Shown in pieces: positions 63,608 to 64,000 of a stretch of DNA of 64,000 nt (its first letter is position 1; the number at the start of each line of letters is the position of its first letter). The stretch comes from an uncultured Clostridia bacterium (GTDB lineage: Bacteria > Bacillota > Clostridia > Christensenellales > UBA1242): contig CALWFB010000001.1 of assembly GCA_944377485.1 (NCBI GenBank), positions 12,138 through 76,137 on the forward strand. The letters are read 5' to 3'. The notes under the pieces are model-generated. The model was given only the letters and a program-made list of their open reading frames with translations. It was not told the origin of the DNA and did not search any database. Made by a program: the position numbers and the translations under genes.

Positions 63608-64000
63608 ATGCAAATTGAGGCAACAGGAAAAAGTGTAGAGATAGCAATTCAAAATGGCTTGCTAGAATGTGGAATGAAAAGAGAAGATGTTCAAGTAAAA
63701 ATTATTGATGCTGGTGGCTTGTTCAAAAAAGCAAAAGTAGTTTTAATTTGGGGAGAAGAAGAAAAGTTTGAACCAGAAGTTGAAGAAAATAATACAGATT
63801 TAGAATCTAAAATTGAACCTGAAACAGCAGAAGATATTGAGCCAATAGAAGAGAGCAAACCCGAAGAAAAAGAAAAGAAAAAAAGAATAGTAGATACCGA
63901 AAGATTAGAAAAAAAAGGTAAAGAGTTTTTGTTGGGACTAGCAAAGATGTTAGACGAAAATGCACAAGTGGAAAGCAGTGCGGGAGAGAATGAAATATCT
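63608..64000 (+). CDS. jag: Jag/KhpB RNA-binding protein, N-terminal part (3' end outside window)
   Basis: MQIEATGKSVEIAIQNGLLECGMKREDV Jag_N domain. AGGAG SD. The frame is open to the window end. Confidence 0.8.
   Translation, partial: MQIEATGKSVEIAIQNGLLECGMKREDVQVKIIDAGGLFKKAKVVLIWGEEEKFEPEVEENNTDLESKIEPETAEDIEPIEESKPEEKEKKKRIVDTERLEKKGKEFLLGLAKMLDENAQVESSAGENEIS

Noticed and set aside
1-64000. CRISPR arrays, rRNA operons, intact IS/transposase/integrase or prophage genes
   Set aside because: None were found on either strand when reading through the window. The only mobile-like signals are the small structured repeats and the rhs module.

Overview
Strongly AT-rich bacterial chromosome segment (base composition judged by eye, not computed). 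It uses the standard code 11: an RF2 gene with SPF and GGQ motifs is present and the housekeeping ORFs are intact. It looks like a small-genome, low-GC Bacillota-type lineage that still builds peptidoglycan (PBP5-like carboxypeptidase, Amidase_3, signal peptidase I). The classical origin-proximal gene set is present but scattered and re-oriented: parA-3xparS-parB (15.8-17.8 kb), a dense DnaA-box cluster (18.97-19.04 kb), mnmE-mnmG-(M3-like peptidase)-rsmG, recF, an inverted dnaA, dnaN flanked by DnaA boxes, and rpmH-rnpA-yidD-yidC-jag. Also present are translation genes (alaS, glnS, aspS, gatCAB, prfB, tsaD, rpsF-ssb-rpsR), 8 tRNAs plus one half-tRNA pseudogene, and repair genes (ogt, alkD-like, UDG-like, xth). 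Accessory patches include a 5'-truncated RHS/YD toxin with a glycine-zipper C-terminus, a candidate immunity gene, an orphan rhs fragment, a CAT-like acetyltransferase, a GH43 gene and gene remnants. I saw no rRNA, CRISPR array, integrase or transposase. Main hunt results: (1) A 17-codon leader ORF with 7 consecutive Asn codons plus a complete 1-2-3-4 antiterminator/terminator layout sits directly upstream of gatCAB-aspS. This is a candidate ribosome-mediated Asn-tRNA(Asn)-sensing attenuator for the transamidation pathway. (2) A family of about 100-nt structured repeats has 6 copies, mostly abutting tRNA genes. Two copies sit inside long duplications of their target: half of tRNA-Arg, and the 3' end of a yloV-like fragment. 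(3) A probable oriC or DnaA-titration locus lies about 30 kb from dnaA, near the point where coding-strand bias switches. (4) Leaderless mRNA architecture recurs (TGnTATAAT-N6-start codon). (5) Three perfect parS palindromes lie between parA and parB.
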